Positions 39,236 to 51,211 of a stretch of DNA of 64,000 bases are shown in pieces. The notes beneath the pieces are model-generated. The model did no database searches, was not told where the DNA came from, and saw only the letters and a list, made by a program, of their open reading frames with translations. Source of the stretch: Squalus acanthias (lineage: Eukaryota); the NCBI GenBank assembly GCA_030390025.1, contig CM059432.1:72542001-72606000 (forward strand), in the 5' to 3' direction. Both the position numbers and the translations under genes were made by a program. The stretch's first letter is position 1. Each line of letters starts with the position of its first letter.

Positions 39236-41325
39236 TGTAAGGGGGGGCGTGTCTCAGACGGTGCTGGTGCGAGGTTAGGTCTTCGTTGCCTATACTATTG
39301 CTTGCTCTGGTCTCCGGCCAGCCTTTTTGCAATAAGCACCTGTGAGTGGTTCGATCCACTCGCCCTTACGGTTCTAACACTGGACTTAGGTGCAGGGAGC
39401 AGTAATGCAGAGAAAAACTCAAATAGACCCGGTTGAATAGTACGAAATGGAAATCTTTATTGCATGGCGTCTAAAATCATGAAATACATGTCATAGGCGC
39501 AAATCAAAGAGAGTACAAGTATACATACATTCATAAAGTTTGGTCTATGGAAATGGAGAACACACGGCACATCATAGAAAGGGGAACACATTATACCTTA
39601 ACCTTATTAAAAACCACCCTCCCTTAACATTATCTACACTACATCTAGATTTGTAGGATCGGAAAACATGCTCACCACTCATGTTACTTCGGAGATTTTA
39701 AAGTGGGGCACTCAGCTCGTTTCGCTGCAGCGCCTGACTGTCACGCGTTTGGAAGGGTCTCTGCACCCCACTTGTTTACTTTCGCTGCTGCGAAAAGCAG
39801 GCCAGACTCCCTGTTGTCATGAAGAACTCGACGGAACTCGGATAAAATTCAAAGAAGAGTCTTCCTGTGTTCGACACAGGTTATAGAAACATAGAATCTA
39901 GGAGCAGGAGTAGGCCATTCGGCCCGTCAAGCCTGCTCCACCATTCAATACGATCATGGCTGATCATCCAAGTCCAGTACCCTGTCCCTGCTTTAATCCC
40001 CACAGTACACATATCCCACCCTACCCCTGTAACCCCACATATTTAATTCCCCCTAACATATCCCATCCTATCCCCATAACCCCACATATTTAATCCCCCC
40101 CTAACACTAAGGGTCAATTTATCATAGCCAAATCAACCTAACCCGCACATTTTTGGACTGTGGGAGGAAACCGGAGCACCCGGAGGAAACCCACACAGAC
40201 ACGGGGAGAATGTGCAAACTCCACACAGACAGTCACCCGAGGTCAGATTCGAACCCGGGTCCCTGGCGCTGTGAGGCACCAGTGCTAACCACTATGCCAC
40301 CGTGTTGGTAGAACTCAAAGAAGAGTCCTGTATTTATATTTTCGGGCGCAGTCGGGGTTCACTGACCGTGGCGGCACGTGGATTTTCTTCTCGTCTTCTT
40401 CTCGTCTTCTTCTCCTCGGGCCTCCGGGTCCAGACACCGTTTACCGACACTCGGGATGGTGTACCCTGTTACTTGCCCTTGTCGGGGCGGCTCGTACCGA
40501 TTGAGCTCCACCCAACACTTGAATAACCGACCAGTGCGGCTAAGAGTCAAGAGTCAACAAAGTCCAGAGAGAAAATCAAGAGGCTGCCCGTCCAGGAGAG
40601 CGGCACCAGAGGATAAGAGTTCAGCCTGAGTCAAGAGTCAGCAGAGATAAGAGTCAAGAGTTCGGCAAGCGAATAAGAGAGCGATGGACATTTGTTCTCT
40701 ATAGTTATAGTGATGTGTCCTCTTATCTCCCGCTCAAATCTTAATGTTTGTCCTTTGTGTAATATTGGCGCTCAAAACTCCCAGCATGGGGCGGTTGTCT
40801 TCTTTAACGGGTTTCGGTAGCACCTGAAACTGGCCAACTATCCGTTAATGTTTTCCCCATTGTTGACCCAGCCAGGATGTGTATGAATCGTCTCCCTGAC
40901 TGGTTTTGGGGGCCCCCGAATACTTGCTTAATCACCCGTCGATGTCTCTCTCATTGTAGAGCCGGGGGGTTGTTTGTGTATTGATGTGTCTGGATGGGCC
41001 TTCGATTGCCCAGTACAATGATCCTTACTGTGCATAGGAAAACGATTCCAGCACTTATATCTTTGCTATTGTTTCAAATGCAAACGGGTTGCATCCTGTC
41101 TTTATCAGTGTTTACCGAGTATGATCCAATCTTATACTAAATGTATATTCAACGCCATTTTGTCTGCCCACTGTGTTTCTGGAAGCTTCTGCCACGATGC
41201 TCGGCGGCCATTTTACAGGCTTCTGTGTCCTTTACTATCAGGACAGCATTTCGTTTAATAAAACTGATCAAACGAATCTGCTTGTCTTGTGTTATTTTGA
41301 ATCGCGATAATTGCGAAACTTTACA
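39236..41325 (-). repeat. 3' LTR (contains a 418-bp SINE insertion)
   Basis: Matches the 5' LTR apart from scattered substitutions and the SINE; preceded by the PPT. Confidence 0.97.
39887..40304 (-). mobile_element. V-SINE (HE1-like) inserted in the 3' LTR
   Basis: tRNA head (TGGCATAGTGG, GGTTCGAATC), V-domain GGTTTCCTCCGGGTGCTCCGGTTTCCTCCCAC, CR1-type tail; absent from the 5' LTR. Confidence 0.9.
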
Positions 41326-41337
41326 GTCCCTCCTGTT
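41326..41337 (-). promoter_or_regulatory. Polypurine tract
   Basis: AACAGGAGGGAC immediately before the 3' LTR TGT. Confidence 0.75.
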
Positions 41338-43059
41338 GATGCGAATAACTCCGTTTATCGTATCAATTAAAAATGTTGGTGAGCAAAATTATCCCGATTC
41401 TCCACATCCAAACACTCCCGGTAATTAAACTATCCATGGCCTCCATGCAGTCCTCATTTCCCAGAGAAAATTACATTGTCTAACTTGGACAAATCGTAGG
41501 CAGCATTGCCTTTAAACTTACACTGCGTATACGCCTTCCAGGTGCGAAAGGCCGATGCCTCTCGCACCACCTGTATATGCATGTTTTATTATAAAAGGAA
41601 AAATAATCAAACCAACTGTTTTAAAAATACAAAAGTTACAAACTTAATCACAAATACTCATATCTAACAACAACTACAAAAACACACATGGAAAAATGGA
41701 GCGGCGTCATCCTGGCCGTTTACGCGGTACTTTCCTCGTTCACGCGCACGTAACGTTCTCTCCACTCCCCTGTGTTCTCCTGCCTTGTGAGGCGTTTGCC
41801 TCTCTTGCAGTGTACGACCAATAGGTACACTACAATTACAACTTGACACACTACCAAAATGTGGGAGGCTATCCTGATCCAGGACGGGACTTCAATATTA
41901 GTGAACAGATCCCACCACGGTGGGGTTACTATGTCTAATATCTCTGCCCCTGTCTCTACAGTCTTTTGTTCCAGGGTGTAAAAATGTTTCTGTGATACCA
42001 TGACGGCTTTTAAAATCTTGGTGAGGTGTTCAGGGAGAGGGGGAATGATGTACCCGAAATGCGCGATGAATCGCTGCAAGTCTGTGAAATTCTCTTTTAC
42101 TGTGAGGTGAACAGTGGATGGTTCAGGGATCGGGACAATTCGCTGCTGTGCCACTTGAACTTCAGCCCTGGGTTTGAAACAGAAATTGCTGTCACTCACC
42201 GGACACCGGCTGTGCTGTCCATGCTGGTATAACAACAGAAAACGCTGGAAAAACTCAGCAGGCCAGGCAGCATCCGTGGAGAGAGAAAGAGAGTTGACGT
42301 TTCAGGTCGATGACCTTTCATCAGAACTGGGAAGAGCTGGAAATCAAATAGATTTAAGGCCAGGGTAAAGCTGGGAAAAGGGGGAGGGGATAAAGGAACA
42401 AAGGAGGAGATGAAGAGACATTAAGAGACATTAAGAGATATGCGAGGCTAGAGGTGGTGTTAATGTGACAGATTAAGGCTGAATGAAGTGTGAAATCCAC
42501 TGGCAGAATGAAGGACAGCTGCCAGCTTCAAGGAGGAAAAAAAAGGTGGGGGGGACAAATAAAAGGGTGGATAAAATAAAATATAAATGTGATTGGAGCT
42601 GAGGTTATGATCTAAAATTGTTGAACTCGATATTGAGTCCAGAGGGCTGTAGCGTGCCTAAACGAAAGATGAGGTGCTGTTCCTCGAGCTTACGCTGAGC
42701 TTCCGTGGAACAGTGTAATAGGCCGAGGACGGTGAGGTCAGAGTGGGAGTGAAGCGGTGAATTAAAGTGACAGGCCACCGGGAGCTCGGGGTCCCCCTTA
42801 CGGACTGAACGGAGGTGTTCCGCAAAGCGGTCACCCAATCTGCGTTTGGTCTCCCCAATGTAGAGGAGTCCACATCGTGAGCAGCGAATACAGTATACTA
42901 AATTGCAGGAAGTACAAGTAAATCGCTGTTTCACCTGGAAGGGGTGTTTGGGGCCCTGGACAGTGGGAAGAGGGGAGGTATAAGGGCATGTGTTGCATCT
43001 CCTGCGCGTGCACGGGAAGGTGCCGGGCGAAGGGGAAGGGGTGCTGGGGGTGACTAACA

Positions 43060-43965
43060 TTGACTAACATTCACTACAAGCCCACCGACTCCCACAGCTA
43101 CCTGGACTACACTTCCTCCCACCCCGCCTCCTGTAAGGACTCTATTCCATTCTCCCAGTTTCTCCGTCTCCGCCGCATCTGCTCTGATGATGCCACCTTC
43201 CATACCAGTGCTTCCGACATGTCTTCCTTTTTCCTCAACCGAGGATTCCCCTCTACCGTGGTCGACACGGCCCTCGACCGTGTCCGTTCTATCTCCCGCA
43301 CATCTGCCCTCACCCCTGCCCCTCCCTCCCGGAACCACGATAGGGTTCCCCTTGTCCTCACCTTTCACCCCACCAGCCTCCACATTCAACGGATCATCCT
43401 CCGCCATTTCCGCCACCTCCAGCGTGATCCCACCACCAAACACATCTTCCCCTCACCTCCCCTTTCAGCATTCCGCAGGGACCGCTCCCTCCGCGACACC
43501 CTAGTCCACTCCTCTACCACCCCCAGCACCCCTTCCCCTTCGCCCGGCACCTTCCCGTGCACGCGCAGGAGATGCAACACATGCCCTTATACCTCCCCTC
43601 TTCCCACTGTCCAGGGCCCCAAACACCCCTTCCAGGTGAAACAGCGATTTACTTGTACTTCCTGCAATTTAGTATACTGTATTCGCTGCTCACGATGTGG
43701 ACTCCTCTACATTGGGGAGACCAAACGCAGATTGGGTGACCGCTTTGCGGAACACCTCCGTTCAGTCCGTAAGGGGGACCCCGAGCTCCCGGTGGCCTGT
43801 CACTTTAATTCACCGCTTCACTCCCACTCTGACCTCACCGTCCTCGGCCTATTACACTGTTCCACGGAAGCTCAGCGTAAGCTCGAGGAACAGCACCTCA
43901 TCTTTCGTTTAGGCACGCTACAGCCCTCTGGACTCAATATCGAGTTCAACAATTTTAGATCATAA
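43060..43965 (+). CDS. Penelope RT thumb + GIY-YIG endonuclease (5'-truncated)
   Basis: HYKPTD..YLDYTSSHP, SQFLRLRRICS, VYCIRC..C..LYIGET..RFAEH, GLN. Confidence 0.92.
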   Translation: MTNIHYKPTDSHSYLDYTSSHPASCKDSIPFSQFLRLRRICSDDATFHTSASDMSSFFLNRGFPSTVVDTALDRVRSISRTSALTPAPPSRNHDRVPLVLTFHPTSLHIQRIILRHFRHLQRDPTTKHIFPSPPLSAFRRDRSLRDTLVHSSTTPSTPSPSPGTFPCTRRRCNTCPYTSPLPTVQGPKHPFQVKQRFTCTSCNLVYCIRCSRCGLLYIGETKRRLGDRFAEHLRSVRKGDPELPVACHFNSPLHSHSDLTVLGLLHCSTEAQRKLEEQHLIFRLGTLQPSGLNIEFNNFRS

Positions 43966-44241
43966 CCTCAGCTCCAATCACATTTATATTTTATTTTATC
44001 CACCCTTTTATTTGTCCCCCCCACCTTTTTTTTCCTCCTTGAAGCTGGCAGCTGTCCTTCATTCTGCCAGTGGATTTCACACTTCATTCAGCCTTAATCT
44101 GTCACATTAACACCACCTCTAGCCTCGCATATCTCTTAATGTCTCTTAATGTCTCTTCATCTCCTCCTTTGTTCCTTTATCCCCTCCCCCTTTTCCCAGC
44201 TTTACCCTGGCCTTAAATCTATTTGATTTCCAGCTCTTCCC

Positions 44242-44278
44242 AGTTCTGATGAAAGGTCATCGACCTGAAACGTCAACT
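44242..44278 (+). ncRNA. Minimal hammerhead ribozyme in the Penelope terminal repeat (mirror copy at 42292-42328 on -)
   Basis: AGTT-CTGATGA-A-AGGTC-ATC-GACCT-GAAAC-GTC-AACT: core, stem I and stem II all present. Confidence 0.85.
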
Positions 44279-46509
44279 CTCTTTCTCTCTCCACGGATGC
44301 TGCCTGGCCTGCTGAGTTTTTCCAGCGTTTTCTGTTGTTATTTCGGATTTCCAGCATCCGCAGTATTTTGCTATCGTATTACTGTCCATGCTGGTAGTGT
44401 GGCGCTGCAGTGGTAACGCAATACGTTCCACCCCCTATGTATGCCACCTGTGGGGGCACATGATCTTGTGTCATTGCTTCCATGGTGCAATTCATGGGCT
44501 TTGCGCCAGCCGTTCTGAACCCGCATTGTGGTGTTAAAAAGGCATTCAAGTGCTGGGGACACAGTATGATGTGTGCTCCCTGGCCACGACAACCCGAAAG
44601 GTCGGTACCTGTCATCGTTTGCTCCCAGCGGATGACGTAAGGTGGGACCGCTGCGTAGCGAATGTGGGCTCCCCCCTGAATGACACCAATGTTCTCCACC
44701 CGGTACACTGGGGCGGGCTTTGCTGTGTCGCCCAACACCGGCATCCGTACTACTATCCCCATGATAGTGTGATTTGACCGTCCGCAGTCCACGGGGACTG
44801 GGTATGCCTCTGAGGCTAGCCTGAGCTGGCACGGGCTTAATGCGTTCTGAAAAGGGTGGAGCGCCTGCAGGTGTTTGTTACTTATCCAGGACGGGACCAA
44901 ACCTTGTTTTAAATCCTCCAAATTACTGCGGCCCTCGCCCAGTAACCACGCCCTGTATAATACGCACACCTCGTTCTGCGCAGCTTGATCGGATGCATTC
45001 CGATCTTCCCTGATCAGGGCATTTACCGTTCTCGCATGCTTCTCCAGCTCTGCTATAATCTCTTTTAAGTGTAGTGTCATGGCCTGGTCCTCATGTAACT
45101 CAGACCCTACTACCTTGTTCTCGTTTGTGAGGATGCTTTTTAACTGTGTTTTTAAACCGTTGATCTGGGTCTGCAGCTCCACATTGTCTAGAGCGTTGAC
45201 CACAGATGTTCCCGTATTAAAAGCAGTGAACACATCGTTCACAACACCCCTTCTTTGTCTCCCCACCTGACCCAAAACTTCGTGTGGTGTGGTGTATAAG
45301 CTTGTTTTGTCAACCTCTGCAAAATCAAACTCATAAAATTGCCTGAGCATGTTTGTTAACAGGACCTGGTACAATTGTTCCGTTTCTTTGGGGCACCACT
45401 CTGGTAAATGCACCTCGGTGAGATTTAGAATCACCGAGGCCACCGCGTAATGTATCCCTTGATATAGTATCTGATCTGTTGGCACCAGTACCAGACCATT
45501 CCCGGGCCCCTTAGTGGTTTTAGGGCACCCTTCCTCCTGAGCCAAAGCCACCGGAGTTGTGGGCGGAGACTTGCGTGGGCGTGTGATGAGTTCAGTGGCG
45601 TTTACCGGGATCGGGGAGAATGGAGCTCCGCACCCCCTGGTGCTGACATCCCACCTCATCCCTTTCCCGTCATCCTGCCACAGTCGTAGGAAAATTATGG
45701 ATATACCCTTGGGGCAAACATACTTCGATCCCCACATACACACATATATTCCCTCATCCGGTTCCCACCATTTGTCCCAACAGACTTTCAATTGTCCGTT
45801 AGTCCCCGTAATTGTCCGATGGGTATTGTTACCCAATCGCTCCCACTCGACCGAGGAATTTCTCATAGTCTTGCTTAATTTCCGTAACCACCACCATCGG
45901 CTCAATGGGACCTTCCCATTGCATGTCAAACAAATCCTTTTGCCGACGGTGACGCTGATTCTGGGTGCAATGATCCTCACCCTGGGACACAGTAAAGAAG
46001 TCTCTTTGTAGGCAAATCCGGATGCGCTGGAGTATTCCGTCGAATTCGTTCCCAGCCATCCCGGCCACCTTCCCTTGTGGAAATAAGTGGCGGTTTCCTC
46101 AGCCTCTCGCTCCCCGGTCCCATCCGTCGCGATGGGGGCCGTGTCCCCGGAGCAACCGAACACAACGACATCCTTGGTGAGGCCCCGATAGGCCAATCCA
46201 TATCCGATCGTTGCGAGCACTATCAGAATCCTTTCCATCTCTCCTGGTTCCTGTGATCAGATAAAATGATGTAGCCAGCCTCCCAAGAGTCTCTGGCTTT
46301 TGTGAAGGGTGAGCGGGTCCCTTGACCTCGTCTCACGTAAAAAGACATGTATGCTGGATAGACTTTAACTATTCCTATCACTAACTCCCATCATTTTACC
46401 ATTTACTTTTAAAATCAAACTACAAACTTACCAAACTAAAAAAAAACTATAAACTTAAACTTATCCTAAACTTAACTGTACAGCGCCGCCCGTTCCCAGG
46501 GCGGCCTAC

Positions 46510-49500
46510 CTAAATTCTGCGAAGGCTGCCACGAGCTTTTGCTAGTGGCGGGGGGGCACTGACCCCTTCCTTTGATCTGCCGCAGCCTGTCGCTGCTGCG
46601 CTGGGACTGGGATCTCCCTGGGCTGCCTTGAACTTACGCCTGGGGGTGTACGGGGGATTTGACCACGACTTCCTGGGCTGGGGTTTCCGACTTGACCTAC
46701 GGAGGGCTACCTTGGGCAAGATCTCCAGGGCCGACGGACCGGGAACCGAGACTTCCACCGTCACGGCCTGTGGTCCCACCACAGCCGCCGGCTCTGTCTC
46801 CCCTGGCTCCGCCCCCCTGGGCTCGGGATCTGCGGTTTCCGACTCCACCTTACTTGCTTCCCTAGTAAGTGGAACTCCACTCGCAATCCCTATCTCCCCT
46901 ATGCTTGGGTCGAGGGCGGAACCTCCGTCCTCCGACCCCACCACCTCTCCGATCGGGTCACTACCTTGGTTGAGCTCTCCGAGCTCTTCCTCATCTGAAT
47001 CCCAAGACCAAGAAAAGATCCTACACTTTTCCAAAATGTCTTCTCCCCTCACGGAGGCTGCTTTACCGGCCTGTGTGCCCTGCGGTTCTATCCGGGGCTG
47101 AGCGTCCCCACTCGCAGTTTTGGCCCCTGTGATTGGCCCCTGTGCACCCGGTTTATACAGCTTGCACTGGTTAATGTGGAACCATTTCGTGCGCCGGGGT
47201 ACCTTTACGGCATACACCATGGGACTCGCCTTATCTACAATACTGTAGGGTCCCATATACAGTGGTTCCAAACTCCCTACTCTGGCATAGTTCCTAACCA
47301 TGACCTGATCTCCGACTTCCCACTCCTGCTTCTTACGGGGTTCCAGCAACAGGCGATTGCCCTGCTGCTGTCTTCCCATGTTCCCAGCCGCCTGCTCGTA
47401 AACCTGCTTCAGGCGCTCCAAGAGGGTCTGGACAAACTTGTCCCGTTTCACCTCTTGGAGCTAACCCTCAGTGAGCACCGGGGCCAGTACATGGGTGGGG
47501 GTTCGCATGATCCTCCCAGTCATCACCTCGTACGGGGAATACCCCGTACTCTTTGACTGGTTGGCCCGGATTCCCATGAGGACTAGAGGCAGAACCTCCG
47601 CCCATTTTTGGGGCGAGTTCATAGTCTCTTTCCTCGGCTTTTCCTTGAGGGTCTGGTTCATGCGTTCAACAATCCCTGATGACTGGGGATTGTGCGCTAC
47701 GTGCCACTTCCCTTCAATGCCCAAAAGCATGAGGGTGTTCTGCATCACCTGGCCGGTGAAATAACTCCCTTGGTCTGACTCCACGAAACGGGGGAGTCCC
47801 CACCGCGAGAACACTTCCCGGACCAAGATCTTGGCAGTACCCAGCGCCGTAGCTGTTCTACAGGGGAAGGCTTCTACCCACTTGGAAAACACATCCACCA
47901 AGACGAGGCAGTATTTGTAGCCTCCCTGGGTGGTGGGCAGGGGCCCTATGTAATCGATCTGTATCGACTGCCATGGTCCCTCCACCCTCCTGATGTGCCC
48001 CATGTGCACTTTCCATTTCTGGGGGTCTGGGTTGTTTGCAGCGCACACAAGACAGCTTGCACAGAACTCGCGGACCTGCTCTCTGAGTCCCGGCCACCAT
48101 CCCGCCTGCTCTACCCGTTGCCAGGTAACCTCAGGCCCGGGGTGTCCTGCCCCTGGCCCCTCATGAGCCAACTGGAGGAATTCCCTCCTGTGCTGCTGCG
48201 GCACAACCCACTGTTCCTCGCGGAACAGCATGCCTTCTTTAACGGAGAGGGTTGCCGTACTGTACGGGCCCTCTACCTGCTTGCCCTCAGTAATCGTTCT
48301 GAGAACTGCTTTTAGGGCGGGATCCTGGTTCTGGACGGTCTTAAGGTCTAGGGGCAGTGCTACCCTGGTGTTCCCGGGATTCCCTTCCCTGCCTTGGATC
48401 GCTGCCACGGGTCCGGGTCCATAGGGGTCCCAGAAAATGCCGTTACGGGCACCCTCCCTGGCTAGCGCATCCGTCTGCTGGTTGCCCTCCCCGCGGGGTT
48501 CTGTGGAGGAGTGAGCCTTCACCTTATGGATGAAAATCTCCCCTTCCTCCCCTACTGCTGCTAGGATCTTTTCCAGCAAGGGCTTCACCGTTAAAGGTCG
48601 CCCGTCCGCGGAGGTGTATCCACGGCGGGACCAAATGGCCAGGTATTCCGTACACGAATTGCACGTAAACATACTGTCCGAACAAATCGTGTATGGGGTT
48701 GGGAAGATTTCTGGGTGGGTAACGACGTACGCCACCGTAGACAGCTCAGCCTGCTGTGCGCTCATCGTGCTGGGGAGTTTAATTGCCAAGGCAAGGTTTG
48801 CCGCAGGGTCATAAACTCCACACCCTGTGAGTCGTTCGCCAGCGGACACTGTGCTGGAACCATCAACATAAATCTCGCGACCTGTGGGATGTATCCCGGC
48901 CCGCAAACCTATGTTGACCTCCCACACCCCTTCCACCGAACACTGGTGGGCTGTTCCGGGGTATACCAGGTTGGCCGCGAGCTTGGGCTCGCAAAGACCT
49001 TTAACCCTAAGATCCATCTGGGAAAGGAGAAGGGTCCAGCGCGCAATGCGAGCGCTGCTTACGGTCCCATCCTTAATCCTCCCATCCAGAAGCATCTTGG
49101 TTGGCGTGTGATGGGTGAAGAGAGTGATGGGAGAGAGCCCTGTGAAGATCGCTGATCTTTTCACAGCCCAATGCGTGGCTAAAAGATGCCTTTCGCAATT
49201 GGAAAAACTCCTCTCCACATCCGTTAACACCCTGGATGAATAGACAACCAGCCTCAGCTTGCCGTGACGCTCTTGGAGCAGCACAGCGCTCAAGCTGTCT
49301 CCGCTGGCAGCTACCTCCAGGAAAAACTCCTCCCCCCCAATCTATGGCCCCTAAAGCTGGTGCGGTCTGCAGATCCCTTTTTAACTTCTCGAATGCTGCC
49401 TGACAACCCTCGTCCCAAGACCACTCCACTCCCTTATGGAGGAGTCGGAGCAGCGGAGCTGCTGTGGCCGCATAGTCCTCGATGAAGTCTCTACAGTAAC

Positions 49501-50824
49501 CGGTCAGTCCCAGAAAGGACCTCACACCCGTTATGGTGTTGGGAATCGGTAACTCCTGCACCGACTCCCTCCTAGCCTTATCTATGGCTCTTTCCCCAGC
49601 GCGAATGGTCAGACCCAGGAATTTTACTTCCTGCTGACCGATACGTGCTTTCTTAGGGTTAACTTTAAAACCCTTCCTCGCTAGCAGCTCCAATAACTCG
49701 GCTAGCAGTGGTCCATGCTCCTCCCTTGAGTCCGTGAACAGGAGCAAATCATCCACGTACTGCACTATCTGATTGGGCTGACTAAACTCCTTTAAACTTC
49801 CTGCCATACACTGATGGAAAATACTGGGGCTGTTGTGGAAACCCTGTGGCAAACAGTTCCATGTGTACTGTTGTCCTTTGAAAGTAAAGGCAAACTTGTA
49901 CTGGTCCTCTCGCTGCAGCGGGATGGACCAAAAACCGTTCGAGATATCCAGCACCGTGAACGTGGTCGCGGACGCTGGGATACTCCCTATTAGGTCAGCA
50001 ACTGCTGCTACTGTGGGCGCGCAGGCGGGGATGTTACTGTTAAGGACTCTGTAGTCCACCGTGGCCCTCCACGAATTATCCGGCTTCCTTACCGGCCATA
50101 ACGGGGAGTTCACGTGTGTGGCTATCGGCCTCAACACACCCTGCTGCACCAATGAGGACATTGCTGTCTCCATGTCGGGTTCTGCTTCTTTGGGGAAGTT
50201 ATACTGCTTTTGGGGCCGGGTCATGGGGTCCCCGTCTATGCTGACCTCAAACCCGGTAACCCTCCCACAATCGTGCTTGTGGGTTGCAAACGCGTGCATA
50301 TTATCTGACACGTACGTTTGCATGTCCGTTGGGACATCCGCGACCATAAGCCCGAGGTCGTAACCTCCGGATGGCTTCATGGTACACAGGGCCCCTTTAC
50401 CTTCCTTCCCTGGGATTACAACTACCTTGCCTTTCCCACCCTTGGCTCCCCAGAGACAATGATTCCTAAGGTCCACGAGGATCCCGTGTTCCGCTAGGAG
50501 ATCCGATCCGAGGATACCTCTGCCACCCCCCTCTTGCCATTTCATCAGTATGCACTTCCATGTGGTGTGGAGTGCTCCTAAATGAATGGAGAGCAGAATG
50601 GAGAACGCGCCAGCCTGCTCTTTTCCCGTGAACCCCGCTAATGTGAATGGGACCTTGGTAGACAGTGGTGAGTCAAAGGGGCTATCTGTATGAATCACGG
50701 TGCATGAAGCGCCCGTGTCCAACAAGTAACTACCCTTCTGCTTCTCCACCTCCATCTCCACCAGGGGTCGCTTCCACGCATCATAGCTGAGCGGACACAG
50801 GTAAACGGGCTGCGCAGGCTTTAG
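46510..50824 (-). pseudogene. pol: pol: protease, RT, tether, RNase H, integrase (one frameshift, one stop)
   Basis: LLDTGAS; LPQG, YVDD; IYVDGS..QAEL..SDS..KVKAH; HHCC; IDY..SDQG..VERMN; GPY; frameshift in the G-run near 49335; TAG at 47461. Confidence 0.95.
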
Positions 50825-51211
50825 TCATTGGGTACCGGTGGACGGGGTTGTGGCATCTGTGGGGCCGGTAGCGACTGCCACTTTCCTGTGCGAAATCATA
50901 AGGGACGGCATGGCTCCCAACATTGATTCTATCGCATCGGGATGGATAGGCACACCAGCTCCTTTCTCGGAGACAGGCGCTTGGGTTCGGACCGCGGGAG
51001 CTCTGTCCCTGGAGTCCTTCCAGGGATTCCTGCAGTTTTTACGCCAGTGACCTGTCTTCCCGCACCCGTAACAAACACCACTGGTTTGTGGGGCGCGATT
51101 TCCCTCCTGATGCCACTCTTTCTGAGCCGGAGCTGCGGGCTTTGCCTCATGCACCTTTCCCTTAAGGGGACGCGCTCCCATGCTCCTAGTGTTCCGATAC
51201 CCTATGGTGAG

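Larger units (their letters stand above)
42230..44381 (+). mobile_element. Penelope-like element with inverted 5' arm, inserted in env
   Basis: 15-bp TSD CTGTCCATGCTGGTA (42215-42229, 44382-44396); 823-bp inverted arms 42230-43052 and 43518-44340. Confidence 0.95.
41720..46238 (-). pseudogene. env: env: class I fusion glycoprotein, ~783 aa after removing the Penelope insertion
   Basis: Signal peptide, Ig-like motif, RQRR/GVV furin site plus fusion peptide, heptad repeat, Cys-rich region, TM ILVVCQVVIVVYLLVV; the halves join in frame across a 15-bp TSD. Confidence 0.9.

Noticed and set aside
40235..40304. tRNA gene
   Set aside because: A/B boxes run into a V-domain and CR1 tail, so this is a SINE head; the same applies to 55695-55790.
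47461..47463. Second programmed readthrough within integrase
   Set aside because: TAG-CTC is not a recognised leaky context and it splits the core from the GPY/F module; most likely a post-insertion mutation.
49325..49340. Programmed frameshift between RT and tether
   Set aside because: It lies in a homopolymer G run, so a slippage mutation or sequencing error is more likely.
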